From contig JBGSUI010000059.1 in the NCBI GenBank assembly GCA_041736175.1, positions 71,871-135,870 on the forward strand: DNA of 64,000 nucleotides, in the 5' to 3' direction. The translations under genes were made by a program, and so were the position numbers. This DNA is from Oligoflexales bacterium (GTDB lineage: Bacteria > Bdellovibrionota_B > Oligoflexia > Oligoflexales > CAIYRB01). Positions 61,572 through 64,000 of the stretch are shown in pieces (within the stretch, counting starts at the first letter, position 1; each line of letters begins with the position of its first letter). The notes beneath the pieces are model-generated. The model was not told the origin of the DNA. It ran no database searches and worked only from the letters and a program-made list of their open reading frames with translations.

Positions 61572-61680
61572 ATAACCGCCCTTTGACGCTTCTATCGCCA
61601 CACGGTACAATCATCACGATTTTATCATGATGATTGTACCATCATGGCAATGCCATGATGACTTTATAAGGAAAGAGGAG
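61572..61680 (+). repeat. 109-bp direct repeat, copy 2 (promoter, operator and RBS of the ATPase gene)
   Basis: TTGACG(61583)-N17-TACAAT(61606); ends in GAGGAG, 6 nt before GTG 61687. Confidence 0.97.
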
Positions 61681-61686
61681 CGTCCT

Positions 61687-62827
61687 GTGATAGGAATACG
61701 AAAATTCTTAACGGAAATTATTATTGAAGATGGTGAAATTTGTAACTTGACTCAAGAGACCATCGAGCTTGTGAATGGTGTCGAACGCGGTGAACCGGAT
61801 CGTCTTTATGGGCAAGCGGAATATGGGTAAAACTTCGTTGATACGCTCCCGCATTATCCCACGTTTCCGCAGTAAACACTCCGATGCCCTCATAGTGATT
61901 GTCGATCTCCTTGGAGTTCGAGAGCTCGATCATATTAGCCAGCGCTTTCAGCAGGCATTTAGTCGAGCGATCAACGCGACTCGATCGGCTGAGACTCTTA
62001 TACGCAAGATCACGCGTACCTTAGCCAATGTGCGGCCACGGATGAGTTTCGATCCACTTACCGGAAATCCTGAATTTTCACTTGGTATTGAGGAAGGTAA
62101 CTCGCTGATTCCATTTTCAACCCTTATCGCTCAAATGGCCCAGCTCCATCGCGACCAAGGAGCACTCTTGGTGATGGATGAGTTTCAGGATATTGCCGAG
62201 ATTCCTGAGGCTGAAGCCCTCTTTCGGTCAGCATTGCAGGAGCTTCCAGGAGACCTCCCGGTGATTGCTATGGGATCAAAAAAACATATTCTGGCACGTA
62301 TCTTTGCGGCACCTGGCGCCCCCCTGGCCAATTGGGGTCGTCCGCTTGAGATTGGAACTATCACAGCAGCCGACTATTTGCCCTATTTTAATGAACGGCT
62401 TGAACCCATAGGAAGCCGCATCGATCTAACAACCATGCAAGCACTCATCGAATCCATGTCGTTTGTCCCCGAGGCGATCAACATGGTCGGGGATTGGTGG
62501 CAGCGTCATCGCCAAGATGCCGGCACACTCGATGAGATGGCGATTGAGGCGGCTATCGCCGGGATTCTGGTCGAACGCGAATCACTCTTCCGCGAATATA
62601 TCGGGCAATTTAGCGCCAAAGTGGAACGTGTTCTCACCGTTTTATCAAGGCAGACCCCGGTAACCGCGCCCCAATCGGCTAGTTTCCTCGCTGCTACAGG
62701 ACTCTCATCTGGCGGTATGGGATCGCTTATCCGACGGCTCGAAGATCGCGCAATCATCTACCGTGAACCAGTCGGAATTATCCTTGCTGATCCACTTATT
62801 GGCCACTGGCTTAGACGCTATTATTGA
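61687..62827 (+). pseudogene. P-loop ATPase with C-terminal wHTH, split by an apparent 1-nt insertion near 61795
   Basis: One frame gives VIGIRKFLTEIIIEDGEICNLTQETIELVNGVERGE; the next gives RIVFMGKRNMGKTSL...LVMDEFQ...LADPL. Removing one C from GAACCGG joins them. Confidence 0.75.
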
Positions 62828-62897
62828 GTATCTAGATAATATGCCTATATCTGCAGAGCCAAGATTCATCTGAATTTTATCACAAATACATACAAAT

Positions 62898-62920
62898 CCT
62901 TGGGTCTTCGACGCCCAAGG
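62898..62920. terminator. GC-rich hairpin between convergent genes
   Basis: CCTTGGG-N9-CCCAAGG; no clean U tract. Confidence 0.45.
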
Positions 62921-62933
62921 CATCCGTATTAAA

Positions 62934-63638
62934 TTATCTTTGTTGATAATCTCGTCGATAAAATCTCTGATTATAATTGATTCCAGCTTCACCAGGATGA
63001 TCTTTGCAGTTCCAAAACCGCACAACTCCACCCTCATCCATCAGAGCAAGATCAGTATTTTTTATAGGAGGCGAGTGCTTATCTTGTTTTTGACTCGTGC
63101 CTATGTCCAAACACAGATTTCCGCTTTTGATAAAAGCGCCTGTCGGATCTTCAATGTGAGCATCTGGGTTCCAATCCATCTTCTGATTCTCGTTATTTTC
63201 ATTACAAGGTTCAAATGAAACAGGATTTTTGTAGCCTCTATTAGTAAGACAAAGATACCATAAATGAGGCCTGCTCGATGGGCCAGGAGTGTAAAAAGGA
63301 TCCGCTAAAATACTAATGAACTTTTTGCCATCTTTAAGTTCTTTAATTGTAAAGGAACCTCGACTATCCCAAATACCTGACCACAACGTATCATTATAAA
63401 CCTTTAGATAGGTGGGAAGATACTTATCATCTAGGTTACGGGTTTGGATGCCAGCCAAAATATGTACTATAGTTGACGGAACTTCCGATGACTTTGCACT
63501 TTCAGCTGTAGAGACGCCATCTGCATTATTGACTAAAGACTTACTTGGTCCCATGGATTTGCAAGACATTGTGAGCGTTGCAGCGCTTACGAAGGCGAGA
63601 ACCTCTTTCAAAAAGATCTGATTCAATGTAAATTTCAT
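62934..63638 (-). CDS. Lipoprotein with ricin-B (beta-trefoil) lectin-like repeats
   Basis: TMSC lipobox; LCLT...PC...NQKMDW and NLCLDI...VRFWNC...NQRF. Confidence 0.7.
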   Translation of the reverse strand: MKFTLNQIFLKEVLAFVSAATLTMSCKSMGPSKSLVNNADGVSTAESAKSSEVPSTIVHILAGIQTRNLDDKYLPTYLKVYNDTLWSGIWDSRGSFTIKELKDGKKFISILADPFYTPGPSSRPHLWYLCLTNRGYKNPVSFEPCNENNENQKMDWNPDAHIEDPTGAFIKSGNLCLDIGTSQKQDKHSPPIKNTDLALMDEGGVVRFWNCKDHPGEAGINYNQRFYRRDYQQR

Positions 63639-64000
63639 AGCAATGACCTCATAAAAAATGTGTTTAGTTAAAGTAAATAATCAAGTTACTAGCTGCATTT
63701 TTTATGCCAGCTGTTCGTGGCGAATCAAAAAAAATCAGAAAGAAGACGATAATAGATGGCTTAGGCCGCTCAAACGAAAGTCTTTTGGTGCTTGGGACTC
63801 ATCACCAAAACTGTCAAATATTTATGCAATTGTCTGTTAAACTTCTCAATATTAATAAACAATGCCGGGGCCTTAATCTCAAAAGACAGAAAAATAGGTC
63901 AATAATTTTTGATAATTATAAATTATTTTTTTGTTTTTTTAAAAAATCTGGAGGAGATTTTGGGCTGGTGTCGATTTTATTGGCATCTTATCTAAGCATA

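Noticed and set aside
59465..61680. IS element or composite transposon
   Set aside because: No transposase, terminal inverted repeats or short target duplication; the repeats are direct and promoter-like.

Overview
Origin-proximal chromosomal region of a Gram-negative bacterium. Gene order and protein style suggest Bdellovibrionota/Oligoflexia or a related deltaproteobacterial lineage; this is inference, not a database result. From left to right: the 5' part of dnaA (minus strand, cut by the window edge) diverges from atpZ/I-atpB-atpE. A 1.8-kb non-coding region with five parS sites and parA-parB sits between these genes and the rest of the ATP synthase genes (b', b, delta, alpha, gamma, beta, epsilon). 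Next come a GT4 glycosyltransferase, an NAD-dependent epimerase-like gene and a minus-strand dcw cluster (rsmH-ftsL-ftsI-murE-murF-murD-ftsW-[protease]-murC-ftsQ-ftsA-ftsZ; no mraZ, mraY, murG, murB or ddl). These are followed by a LysM lipoprotein, yajC, an M16 peptidase, mutS, dksA, mutM, ftsB, a higBA toxin-antitoxin (TA) pair, uvrD/pcrA, a C-terminally shortened glmU, glmS, several secreted lipoproteins, ssb and a phosphohexomutase. The right end is accessory: an AbiEi/AbiEii type IV TA pair bracketed by 109-bp direct repeats (each a promoter plus two palindromes plus RBS), a frameshifted ATPase-wHTH gene and a ricin-B-like lipoprotein. The two strongest signals are parS sites with extended palindromes flanked at a fixed 17 bp by IHF-like boxes, and the repeat-bracketed AbiE cassette. 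No rRNA, complete tRNA, CRISPR array, transposase or integrase was seen.
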